Shown piece after piece: positions 39,737 through 54,200 of a DNA stretch of 64,000 nt. How positions within the stretch are numbered: position 1 is the first letter of the stretch; every line of letters begins with the position of its first letter. The notes under the pieces are model-generated. The model did no database searches and was not told where the DNA came from. It was given only the letters and a program-made list of their open reading frames with translations. The DNA lies in the NCBI GenBank assembly GCA_964247055.1, contig OZ176054.1:4526001-4590000 (forward strand). The letters run 5' to 3'. Made by a program: the position numbers and the translations under genes. The stretch comes from Paragordius varius (taxonomy: Eukaryota > Animalia > Nematomorpha).

Positions 39737-42700
39737 ATGGAATCATCCAACACTAACGATGACTTCAAGTATTCCAATGACAGGTATGAAATTTGATTGT
39801 AAAGAAATATAATGAGGTATTCAATTAATTAGCTTGAAAATAGATTTTCAGCATTTTAAAAAGGATAAATAAAAATAATAAATTTACGTTTAAATTCTTT
39901 ACTGGTTGGTCAACAGACATTGGTCCTTATTATTTCGTTTGTCTTCCATTTTTTTAAAAAAAACAACCGTATTTTGATCTAGTTATATAATTTTCGAGAT
40001 TTGTTTGTTTTTATTTGAAAATTAATAAATATTTTTGAGATATATTGGGAGACCTATCATAAAGTTTTGGTATCATGTAATCAAGAGTGAGAGTGACTAA
40101 TGTATTAAGGCAATCAAATAACGGATTTATTATTGACATTTTTCACGGATTTTATAAACTTTATCTCTATAACTTTTTATATGAATACACTGCTTTAAAA
40201 AGAAGTTGAATAAGATTAGGGATTCATAATAATATTTAGTTAAAATTTTTAATTTATTAAAATACACAAATATATATATAAGAAATAAATCTCTAGCGCA
40301 AAACTTTTCGGGGTAACAATTACAAAGGCATTTTTTATAAATCAAAATAAATTTTCAAACAACATGATAATACATAAATACTAATTGCTTAATATGATAA
40401 CTAATTAATTCTCAAATTTTAAGGAGCCATTTTTTACATTAGAATTCCTGAAGTTGATAACCGTTACTTGGAAACAATACTGTATTTGGTTGATCAAAAA
40501 AAGAATTATATGGTTGATGTTGAAAAGGTATGTGATAAATTTTATACAACAATGATGTGTATAGAAATTTAGATATATTTTTTGTTAAAGTGGGGATATT
40601 ATTGGAACGGTTATTAAAAATATATTTTATGCTTGAAATATGACCGTTTCTGAATTAAGATTTTCGTATATATATATATATATATATATATGTCTCAAGC
40701 TGACAATCACATATAAACAAGAGATTAATATTTAAACGAAATTGATAATGAGCTATTAGAATCCGCGAGTTTATTTTGTCATAATGTTTTTAAAATATAA
40801 GGGCATTTTTGGAAAATAAAATCTAAGCTTTTTTAATTATATAATTGTGTGAAAGCATAGCTATGTTCGAAATATTATATAATATTTATTTAAACGTATA
40901 GCTGTTAATCTTATTTTGAAATTTCATGGGTTTTGGAGCCAATAATGATATTAAAAAATTAAATTTCCGTGATTAAACAGTGTATACTCCTTATTAACAG
41001 ATATTTAAATTAATTAATCAGTTAAAAATTTAGGTTTTGTCCGTATAATATTTATTTTATGTAAAAATTATATATTCCGATCTATTTACAATAAAATTCA
41101 ATTTATTTTATAAACTATTAACACGTACCACATAGAAAGTTATGGTAAAATTTATGTAGGTATATGGCGTTCTTAAAAAATTTAAATTGAAAGAAATACA
41201 AAATTTTAGGCATATTGAAGACGAACGGTTAAATACATTAAATGTATATAACCTGAGAATTTTAATTAAAATACAAATCTTGCATGACTTATAGTTAAAA
41301 ATGTAGAATATTTCACCAATATTCGGATATAATGTTTACAGTTTGAGAATTAGGCTTAAATCCAATAAAAATATATAATTAGGCTAATTAGATGCTAAAT
41401 TATTATACTTATAAGCATATAATATTTAACCACTAATAACCCGTTTTATAGTTACTTTTATAACTTTAACAGGAATCAAAACAACTAGCAGAGTCAAAAT
41501 TAAAAAATGTCAATGAAATTAAAACTGTTGACAATTGGTTAACAAGAAAACAGGTATATTACAGCCATATATTAAACGTCTATATCTAAGTTAAAATATA
41601 TTTTTTAATTAATAGTAGTTTATAAGATATTATACGTTAATATATAAAGAAAGAAAAGTTATACATTGAAGCTTTGTACACTATTCAACACAAACTGGGT
41701 CAAGATTCTATTCCCAGCGAAGAACTGTATGGTTATTGTAAGGATGCCTTTCACATAGATAACGAAACACATGAAAAATTATTGAATATTTCACGGCGTG
41801 AAAAAGCTCCTAAACTTATTTTAAATGTCGAAGTTTTGGAAGCCAAGGATTTAGAAGCGAAGGACCCAAATGGTTAGTAAAAATGGAAATTATACGGAAA
41901 AAACGTAAAAATATTTCATCAAAAGATCAACGCTGTTCTAATTTTTTTTAATTATAACTTACTCATTGTTTGTAATTGCAAAGTATGAAATAGAAATGTA
42001 TAACAATTAATTTACGAATGTAATTAAATTAGTATAGAAAAAATTAAGGTTTAAAAAGTATGAGATGTCTTTTGAAAAAAAACATTTGTCGTTATGTTTT
42101 TGAGTTTTGTATTTATAGATTCAATTTTTAATGTATTAATATTTTTTTGCAAGGCATAAATATAAGAAATTACTATATATAAATTAAAATGTTAATATGG
42201 TTTTACTTTTAGGATTTAGTGATCCTTATTGCATGTTGGGAATAATACCTGGAGATAAAAGTGGTGACAATCATAATTTACATGACACGACCAAGTCGTT
42301 TTCACAAAATAAATTGGCGGAAAATAAGGGTATTTTTTATAAATTTATTAATCCATATAAAAATGGGCTTTGAAGCCATTCATATGAAACGAATGGGATC
42401 GTTTTAATCCAATTATGCTCCAAATACTACATTAATATATGCGTAAATCATGGTCAAAAAATTTTAAATTAATTTTGGGTTTACCCACCTTTTTTAATTA
42501 GCCCTATATTTCGATAAAACACAAAAATCGTGCTTAGATATAATATTAGAGAAAATATGTGGGTTTTAAAGCAAATTCAAGTAGGTTGTCTTACATTTCT
42601 AAGGATGATTTATATAATTGCCTTTTGCGATTGGCCCCTTTGTCTTTATCTTACTCCCTTTAATCGCTTCGACATCTAGACTTTAAAAATCCTAGAAAAA

Positions 42701-44344
42701 CGCATATTTAAAGTGGCTCCCAGGTTTTCTTAAATTAAACCTTTAGTATATCCCTTAAAAGTGGAAAAATGTATGGGTGACACAATTATTAGTAAAAATA
42801 ACAGTTAAAATAAAGTTGTCAGACTTTTCTAAATTTTTAGCGAATTCCTAGAATTATGAAACATCAACATTAGAATGTCAAAAATAATAAGAAAAAAATA
42901 TCCATTTGTTCAGCAAAGCTTCTTAATTACAAGAATGTCGCATTTGTAAAAGAAAAATAATTTTAAATTTTTAAATTTATCTTGTTTTACTGTGATAAAA
43001 TCTAAATTTAAATTTAAATCTTTAGTTAAATTATTAATCTCGTCACAGCCAGGCGACAGATAGTTTTACCATTTCCATTATTATAAAGTAATAACAAAGT
43101 GGATCTTTTACTATATATTGTTTCTTAATTGGTTTAGTATTTTTGTTATAAAGCGCTTTTTTACGAGAGTATAGAATTTTGGATCAATAATTTGTAGGTT
43201 TAGTTTAATGATGGTCTATGGAATAAAGATAAAATATTGCATGACACAAATTTAATTAGATTATGCAATATATTATCAATACCTATCTAATAAAAAATAT
43301 CAACTACAATATATATATATATATATAAAATAAAATTAATTCTTGGATCGCCGTACCGGAAATTAAAATTATGTAAAATTAATGCCAAAACCACGCACAT
43401 TATTTTAAATATTTTTTGGAATATGCCAAATATTTTAAAAAAAATATTTGTTAATATATATTTTATTAATTTTTTAATAAACAATGTTAGTTATCATAAT
43501 TTTATATAGTGTAATTGTTACTAAGATTTTAATTTTTAAAATTGTGTTAATCATAAAATAAACACAAAAAGCCGATTTGAGAGATCAAAATTTCAATTTT
43601 ATCTTAAGTTTTGGTCTAATTATTACTATTATAATAAAAACTTAAATTGCATATAAAATAAGATAATCAACATTTTGAAGGAAGCATTTGACAGTGCAAT
43701 GCATCACAATGGAAGTATAAATACGACTGTTCTATAAATACTTCTTCTACACAATTTAAGGCCCTGAAATAATTAGCTGAATTTTTTTTCTAAAATCGCC
43801 TTAAAATTTAAGGGCAAAACTGTTGTATTGAGGTCTTATCTGATACAATTTTTTAAAAGTTTATTTAATGATAAGAATTTTTTTATATTTTTTTTAAAAA
43901 ATATTTTATATTAGATGTTTCCACACTTCCTGACACAAAGATTCCTGCGAACTTTATATATGTTACGGAAGTCAAAACAAAAAATTTGAATCCTGTATGG
44001 AATGAAAAATTTAAATGGTATAATTAATATTTTATATGAATTTATCCAAATAAATATATATTATCAATGGCAATAATACCATAGTAAAAATTTTGAAATC
44101 ACTTTATACATAAAATTTAGGCTCTGTACATTACATTTTGGCATTTACTCTTCCATTTTTAATATATTTTGTGTCCATTATTCATAAAAATCGGTCATAT
44201 AATAAATATTCTAAATTAAATTTATTTATGAACTTAAAAAATGTCTATTATTTAAATTTTCAAATCAACTTGTATAATGTTATCTCAGCTTTTCGATTAA
44301 AATTTTATGGTTATACCATCTATTATCATAACTTAGCCTTTTCC

Positions 44345-44379
<35 letters not shown>

Positions 44380-47300
44380 ATAGTAGCAAATGCCTTGCTA
44401 TGATTTAAATTATTCATGATGCTCTCTATAATTACACCATAAGCCAAAACTCCATTATACATTTGTTATTAAAAAATAGCTCTGTTTGCTTGTAATTATT
44501 GATTTTATAGCGTAATACTGGACAAAGAACATGACAAATTTCACCTTGATATATGGGATCACGATGGAGATTTTTCTGTTGTTAATGCTGCCAAAGATTT
44601 AAATCATGTACATGGCATCCAGGGTATCAATAGGTAGTGGGTTGTTTATATTTTAAATAAATTTTATAATATTTTACCCAAACTAATTAGTATAATAAAT
44701 GATCTATCCGTGAGTGCGATTTTCATCTACATTTTTATTTATTTAAATTTTTCCTTTATCATTTAAATGCCAGATGTATTTATAAGGGAAATCAATATTA
44801 ATTTTATTCAAAGTGTTGTACACCGGCTTTTGTACATTACGCTCATCTCTCATGTATGTGAATACCGTGCCAGAAAAACTGCTTGACTTTTGCGGCAAAC
44901 CATTCGTCAAGCCTTTTCCAACCTCTTTAAAATCATTGAAGTGCTGCTATGCGAAGGTGTGCTCATTGATGGAAAGTTGTATTATTTAGATGTCGTCAAG
45001 TCAGGAGAGTTGAGTGGATGCGGAAAAATTCCGTTCGATACTATTTTAATATGTCTGGTTTTGCTGTGAAAGAAGCATTGTCATGTAGCAAAATCACTTT
45101 GTCTGCCTTCTGGCCGATTACTGTCGTTTTTTCATTGCATGGTTTAAATAAGGTATTTGTTAGCGATAATGTTGTGTTTAACAATTTCACAGGGCTTTAA
45201 TAATACACAATACCGATCAGGTCCCACAAGACATAGACCATGGTTTTCTAGCCCGAGTTATTTGGCTTAATTATCTGTGATACGGCTTGCAAGAAAATAA
45301 CTATTTGGGTATTACAAAATAAAGCCATTACTTATAACCACTCCCGATTCGATGCAAAAATGATTTTTTTTGTGACTTTGAAGCAGGATTTTACAATCAG
45401 TTTTCAATTTTTTGTTCATTCAAATGGTGTGGGACCGATTTTAATGGTCTTTTCCTGCATATTTATTGAATGTTTTTGTGCTACGTATAATGTAATGCTT
45501 CTGTCACTGTTAAGGTTGAATTGGGTCATCGTCCAATAACTCTTTCACTTTAGCGTATTCGAAGTTTTTTCGTCTGCCAGAGCGCCCATACTCTTCCACA
45601 TGAATTCACACAACTATTAATATTTTGAAACTAAGTTTCACAAGTGTTAATTGATCATATTCACCATATGTTTCTGCCCGCAAACGATAGCTTTCCACAG
45701 TTTTATTCTGATGCATACCGCAAATGTTCCTTGGCACAAAATTTTACATGAATATTGAATGATAAAAATAATTGCTAGTTTTTGATGAATAATCAAATTA
45801 ATAGTCTGCATACTTTTCTCTGACGCCATCTCTCAGTCAAACCAGACAAAACTTATGAAAACACCTGGTATAAATTAAGATACTTATTCATGCTTAAAAT
45901 AATTATGATGATATTCTATTTTATGTGCTGACGGTTGACATTTTTGGATCCTAAAACACATTTGCCCGAATTATGACCTAGATCAGTGGTACTCACCAGA
46001 AAAATTTAACGGGCCAAATAAAATATATTTTTTTTCGAGGGCCATGAACCTTATAATGGCAAATACTCCATAGCTATTTGACACATATGCACATATATAT
46101 ATATATATATATATATACTCTAAATCAGCACGAATTTTTTGCGTATCGCATGATCCAACTAAAAATCGTTTTGCACCATTTAGTTTAAAATATTAAAATA
46201 TTTATTTTAACCAATAACAAGCCAATCTTAATACGTTTGTCCATATGATCATTCGTTAAGCGATTTCTGTATGTATTCTTGACATACTTCCTTTTTGAAT
46301 ATGCCGCCTCACACGTGTAAGAGGGAAAAACAGTTAGGATAACTGAGCACATTTTTTTATATTTTCATATTCATTTGGCACATCTTACCAAAACTCTAAA
46401 TATCTTTCTACTCTACGATTCTCCTTGAATATAGCCTCCAAATTGAAATCATTTTTGAAATCTATGAATTCTTTAATGATATGCGCCTTATCAAAACCGA
46501 AATGCTCAAATCGCTTAATATTGGATCCATATGCCATGGATTTTAAATGAGTTTTAAGCAATTTTTAATATTTCTTAATTCAAATCTGAATTTCATCTCA
46601 TTATATAAAATGTTAAATGATTGTCTATTATTAAATTAATCTCCGCGGTAAATTCTATAATTTCTTCATGAATCGTTTTAAGTGTTGGAAAATATGGGAG
46701 TGTTTTATTTATAAAATCTGGATTATATATTATTAATTTTTCTTTAAAAGCAATATTTGATTAGCAAATTGGGTTATTATTTTGCTCCCTTGAAGACTTG
46801 TATTAAAACTAAGAATAATGTCGCAAAGGTAGGCTAATAAAACTCACCATTTGTCACTATCAATTTCCTCGTCAATTTTTCTATTATCTTTATGATAATA
46901 GAATTTCATAACTTACAAAAAATCACAGCGGTGTACAAAAGACTATCATCAAACTCACTGTGGATATCTTTCAGAAGGTTTTTGAATATACGCGGTTTAA
47001 ATTCTCTGCCACGGATGTGGTTAACCATATCCACAACCGTTTTAATTACTACATTGAATGACTCATCTTTTACACGCGAAACCAAGTTTGCTGATGAATA
47101 AGGCAGTGAAATAAATCCTTTGTTTATTCCAATCATAGAGGGACAGCCATCTGTGCAGATCACCAATTTCATAATCCATTATTAATAAAAAAGGTGCTAA
47201 TTATTTTGAGAAAACCTTCTTTCTGGTATTATTCATTGGTAAAAATTTTAAATTTTCCTCGTTGATCATGTTCTCGTTGCAAAACTCACGAAGAGCGCAC

Positions 47301-50300
47301 ATTGAGGTGTTATAATATCAGTCCTAGAATCAATAGCAATACTAAAATATTTGCAGTTTTTCAGAGCCAATAATGTATTGTTAAAAATATATTTAGACAT
47401 ATCTTGAATGCGCCGAGCACATGTTGAATCAGAAAGTTAAAGTTTTTTAATTCTCATGATTTGATCTTTATTATGGAATTTATTAAAAAAAGTGCAACCA
47501 TTTATTAGACATTTAATTGGGAATCAGTAAACTGTTTCATATTTTTTCCTAAAAAGCATTTTATACGAAGCTAATGTTAAAGCTTTTTCCTGGGAAAATG
47601 CTATCATAATAGATTTTTCCTATAATTCCCTAATCTTTTATATTTTTCGTTTCTTTCCTCATAATTTTCGGGTAATTTATGAAAATGGATTGTAAAATGT
47701 CTTTCAATATTGTATGTTTATATAATTATGTTGTCCTTACATAAATGGCAGTTAACAACATTTTTATTTTAAACGACACAGAATTTTTATCCATTCTTTT
47801 TTAAGATGCTATTTTCATCGAATAATTTATGTTTTTTAGCATTAGATGTCATCCTTTGAATTTAAATTTAAATATTATGTAGATTTTTTCAAAAAATTAG
47901 GAATATAATTTGAATTATGATATAAAAAAACAGGTGAAATTTAATGATGTTATTTTGAAAAATATTTTATGGGAATGAGTTATGAAAAATGATGCAGGAT
48001 AGCAATGAAAAGAATATGTATATGGAAGTTTGAGTGAAATGCTTGCTAAAATTCAAAAAAAGAATGCAATAAAAAATAGAAAAGAAAATAGAACAAAGAA
48101 ACAGAAACAACGTGTGCCAAAATTTTGAAATCATTCATATTGGTTAAAAAATAAAAACTACGAAAATTCGTTTATGTGTATTTTAAAAATTCATCAATAA
48201 AAAAATAATATAAGTATCAATATGGTCATAGGGCAATTTTAAAGCACTCTAAGGGCCGCATTCGGCCCGCGGGCCGCGGTTTGAGTATCACTGACCTAGA
48301 TTGTCTTTGTTTCATTGATCAAAAAATCATTTTATTAAGTGTTAAATGCATTGAGTCTAATGTGTTTTACAAAGCTATATAATGATGCTTTTAGGACACA
48401 TTCATACCTATTTTCGTTTTCTCTGCAAAACAAATCATGTTTAAATATTTTGTCATTTTCACCCATCATTTTTATGATATAGATACTTCAAACAAATCGT
48501 TCAATCAGCCCGTTCTGACCATAAGAAAAATATCGATGACTTTCTTGGATGCGTCACTTTGTCGTTAAAGGTAAGTGTTTATTTTGATGAATTAGAATAT
48601 TCCCATGAATGGTATTGAACGGTGGTACGATTTGCAAGGGCGATCATCGAGAAGCAAAGTCCAAGGTCAGGTTAAATTACGACTTAGCATTGCTACCAAG
48701 GAAGATGATAAAGATGATGACGATGATATGTTTGGCGATAATATGATTGATATTGAACAACATATAGCATTGTATAAAATATTTATTGAGTATGAATTGG
48801 TTAAACTACCAGTATATTTTACTTTTAATGTTCGTAAAGGATTATATACCATATAATCAATGGAATGGACGTTTATCCAATATACCTGTAACCATTTTAA
48901 ATCAACACGGTGTTCAGGGTGATATATCTGCCACTCAAGAAGCGTTTTGGTAATCATACATTGATTACATATCAAATCAAATTTTTTAATTAACTCAGAC
49001 ACAACTAAATTAGGCGTAATAAAGCTATTTAATCCCTATTTTTTATATATTTTATTAAATGTATGAGGTATTATTTTGTTTCTAAATTTTTTACCCCTTC
49101 TTTACTGTGTTTCTTTGAACAACACACATTTTAATTGTAGTATTACATCCGATAAACAAACCAGATAAGGTCAAAAAGTTTTGAATAACCTATATAACCC
49201 TTTTTGACAACGCCAGTTCTTGTCATACAGTTGTTGCTGTTAATTCAATAACAATGTTTCATTAAAAAAATTATAAGGATCCTGTTACCGTTTTAATCAA
49301 AGCGATATATTTCACTGTGTGTAAAAAGAGTGTTAATTTTTTAACAAAAAATTTATTTTAGATAGCTTATAACCAGGGAATTCATTTGCCGCAATAATTT
49401 TTATTTGTTGACGACCTAATTTTTGAAATATTGTGAGAAAATTGAAATGGCCAAAAGTAAAGTTAAGATAAATTGAGAATAAATAAAAAATAATAAAATT
49501 TTAGATATTAAAGTTGATATCATTTTATCGGATATTAATTTATAAATAGCCTAAAATCATATAATTAGGGTTTTTATTAATTCTCAGATCAAAAAATCCT
49601 GTTTTTCCATTAACATACTTTATATGCAAAAAAATTTAATTATTTACTAGCTAAACTATTATCTTAACATTTTTATTCAGTAAAAAAACTTATATATTAA
49701 AATAAAATTAATGAAATATTGTTTTTTCAATTTTTTCATCTGGGTTATAAGTGTATAATACGGGAATCAAAAAGTATATAAATTAATACAAAATAGAAGT
49801 TACGAGTGGAATATCAAACAAAAATTTGTACGAATCCCACTAAAAATATTAATTTATAAAACACCTGTTCTGAGTACGGATTTTTGGTTGATATTCCACT
49901 ACTTGAAATCCTTTTGGTATTAATTTATATACTTTGTCACTTCTGCTCATTTAATATTCCAAAATAAACATTAAATTTATTAACTTATAAACCAGACGAC
50001 AAAAATAAGAAAAAATAAAAAACAATGTTTTTTTATTTAGATGTATAACCTATCTTTACCGTAGAAAATATAAATGTTAAGATTTTAATAGTGAGTTTAG
50101 CTAATAACTAGTTTAAAAAAAACATTTTGATTTAGTTTCATAAAATTTTTTTGCATATAAAGTTTGTTAATGGGAAAACAGAATTTTATGATCTGAGTTT
50201 ATATTAAAACCCTAATTATATGATTTTAAGCTATTTATAAATTGCAAAATCCGATTCAAATTTTATTATCCTTTTTTAATTATCCTAAATTTTTTTTAAT

Positions 50301-51188
50301 TTTCATTTTTTGGCCAATTTCGATTTTCTCTCAATATTTCAAAAACTAGGTCGTCAACAAATAAGTTACGGCAAATGAATGTCCTGGTTATAAGCTATCT
50401 CATGAAAAAAAATTGTTTTGTTAGCAATTTTATCTTCACAGTGTTTGTATTCCCAGATATTTTATTTATTAATCCATTGCTTTTAGTAAATGGATTGCCT
50501 ATTGCCAAGAACATTTATTATATTTACTCGATGATGCGATCATGCTAAAACTAATGCAAAACTTAGAATATAATTTCAATGAAAATAATGGGCTTAACCG
50601 TGATGAGGTAGAAAGACTAAATTTTTATTCTATAATTTATTAGATTATAGAATATATCATGTAAAAAATTTTGGGCAAAAAAATTGTTGGATGCAAATAA
50701 GAATTTTATTTATTATTTTCCAAACAATCCAAATTTATTTGCCTTACTCAACATATAGCGATTTTATTGTTATACTTACACTTAAAATTATTGAGTATTA
50801 TCTGTATAGTTATATCCTTAGTGATTTATTTTCCTAATTTATTAAGTTATTATTTATTTAAAAGTTTATAAAGAGCCATATTACATCAATTTTCTTTATA
50901 TCGAACTTTAATTTATAATTTCTAAATATTATTGATTATGGTGTAAAATGGAATTAATGCGGATCCGCCTTAAAAAATATTTTGACTCCCGTTTTTAAAT
51001 AAAAAATTAATAATTAAATTAAATATATGGGCTTTTTCTATGGCATCGTTAGCTATAAGTAATTTCTTAAACAGATTTTTCCTTAATTTTTTCATAATAT
51101 GTTTATTAAGATCATTTTAAAATCCTAATCCACTTCTGAAACTTATTATTCATCTGTTTTTAATTTATGTGTCTTAATCTTTAAAACC

Positions 51189-51238
<50 letters not shown>

Positions 51239-54200
51239 TAAATATGCTCGGAGATTCCTTCGTAAGTTATATCCGATTCAACATAGACAGTATTGTGAGA
51301 ATCGATGAATGTTACCTTCCATTTGTCAAATCGTGTGTTCGGAGACTCGACATAGTTTTGAAGTAATATTTTTATAGAAGGATAAAACGTAAAAATAGAA
51401 GTCTAATATTATAATGCCAACAATGTGATCCATAATTTTTTTATAAACTAAATGATTAGAATTGTGAAATATATTTAAAGTCTGTTGCCAATTCACATCT
51501 CTGTTCTTGTTTGCCAAAACGATTTATACATATGCACATTAATGTAGTAGGCCAATTAACATTATGGTTGGATTGACAATACAGTAGAATAAAGGTAAAA
51601 ATCGAAAAATTCTTGAAAGAATATTATTTTCCTATCTTATAACATTATATTTTATTTAATTATGGACAAAATTTGTTTTATATCATATCATATCATACGT
51701 TATTGTATTACAATTGGCTATGTGAATTGGCCAACATTAATGTACATACAGTATATATATATAAAATAAAGTTTCAATAGGTGTGGTTGTAAAAATTTAG
51801 TATTTTTATTATATGATCATATATTTTATCAGCTCATTGGAATACCTTTATGATATGAAGTTGTTCAAAGTGTCTTGCCCGTTTACTAAGGATTTTACCA
51901 TTGAAATATCGGCAGCAATAAAAGTATTACAATCTTTTAACATGTTTTTAGAAAGGAACTAAACAGCGATATATGAACATAAAACGTATATCATTACTCA
52001 AAGTGGGTAAACTTATTTCATTTAGTTATATTAATATATGAATCTATTAAAAATTACATGAAATTATATTTGATTAATTTTAATTAGGCAGATAATTCCA
52101 AGCTAGAAAATACGTTAATATTGGTGCAAAAAGTGAACAGAGAACTTTTCAAAAATTTTCAGTATTATGATGCATTTTTTAAGTATAACAATGGTGCTTA
52201 AATATTCTAGATATACCAAATTAAACTACCCTGAAGTATCAAATGGCCAGATGATTAAATGGGTGAGTATTAAATTTTTATAAATTGAATTTTTCAAAAT
52301 AAATAAATTAGTCTTAGCTATTTTAAACACTTCATTTTTCTAATGCGCCTTCTAAAATATATTTCACACTATGTATGTTTATAAATATAATGTCCATTCA
52401 TTATTTGAAAGAGAATTAAAACTACAAAATATACCGAAAACATAGTGTCTGTCTATTTCAATATTGGTAACGATAAAATGAACGGTTTTTATGCATGTAT
52501 AAATATAAAACTGAAAAAAAGCTAAAACTTTGCATATATTCCAATAAAAAACAGAAATTTTTGCTTTTATATCATTCAAATCACCAAATTTTTTTGAAAA
52601 TCACCATATCATAATATTCTAAAAACTATTGAGCATTTATTTTATAAATTTAATTTTAAATATTATATTTAATATAGTTTATGGAAGATTTTCGGAAATT
52701 CGTTGAGACGGAGGTTGGATTATTTCAGTTATAATTTGCAGGATGATTTATACAAAGAAATCCAAAGCGAAACATTTTTAACCGAGTTGACTCGTTTGAA
52801 ACTACGTTTAAATTCCCAGCATCAATTTTATAATAATGTAATTTATGAAATATATTTTCAAATGATTGAATTTCAACACCTTGCCCAAGCTACGTAAGTG
52901 CATAACAATTAAATTAATTGAGAAAATAAAAAAATATAAAATCAATGAAATTTCTATATAAATAATTTAATTGAATTAAACATCCTTAGGAACTCTTAAT
53001 AATTTTGTCATAATATTTTTTATTTACATTTCTTCCGATAATTTTTCATAAATTAATATTACAAAAATTTATCCCTATTAGTCTATCCACTAATTTTTAA
53101 ATTATTAAAACTATTAATAACTATATAAAAAGTAACTGTTTCATTATTTTAATAAAAAAATATTATTTTAGAAATATAAAAATTGATAATTTTGAGCTAT
53201 GCTTTACATGGTTCATACCATACTTCTTCAAATGGTTTAATCTTGCCCAAACAAATATGGCAAAACGGATTGAATGTATGGTTGAAAATGATCAAGTATA
53301 CAATTTATTTAGCATAAATAATTTACCGATGCCATCGTTTTAAATACTCATTTAACATGTCATGCTCATGATTTAATAAAATGTGTATATTTATAAAGTG
53401 CTCTTTAATTGCGAAATCTATATATTTATAAAAATGGAAAATGCTGGCTTTGTGTCCGGTAAACCGGTAGACGCATTCAAATCCAAATGTCGAAAAAATA
53501 TAATCATTAATGAATGCCCCGACAATAGCTTAGCCCTTTTTTTAATTAGGCCCCCAGTTCGGGCCCACCCCGTGTAAAAAACGGGTTATTTTTGAAAACA
53601 CAAGTCCACAAAAATCGTGTCTTTGAGACAGTTTTCCGGAGAACGTGTTGGACCATTCATTTCAATTTGATTTTTGTTTAGTTATTTTCGATTGCGCCGA
53701 ACATAGTGGTCTCGCTTTTTTAATTTAAACCCTCTTTTTACCCGCTCCCCCCGTAAAAGCCATTTTTACAAAAAAAATTCCACAAAAATAATTTGAATCT
53801 ATTTTTCGCCCAAGTAAACAATATATTAGTATGAATGCCCCGTTTTGAAATTCCTATGAGATCATAGCTATTAAATAATGTTTTGAAATAATCCACATGT
53901 GGATCATTTTATTGTCCCTTTTTTCAAACCCCCCCCAGAAGTCCGAAGGACTTCCTCGGGCTGTGTAGCAGCACAAGATTTACGCTAGTATATAGATATA
54001 TTAGATAGCTCTAATGTAAAATTAATGTTATAAGTAAGAAATAGAAATACTTATAAGCTTGAAACTTTTAACTGTTTTCATGCAAAAAGGTTTGTCCTGC
54101 TGCAACTAATCAAACTGTTTTACAGAAACAAAATCTGTTTGTTTTAGATTTTTAGATTTTTGTTAAAAATATTAAAAATAAGAAATAGATAAAATCAATC

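Noticed and set aside
52367-52447. CACTATG...CATAGTG pair matching the canonical Transib terminus
   Set aside because: Only an 8-9-bp inverted repeat, no target duplication and no second copy, so chance cannot be excluded.
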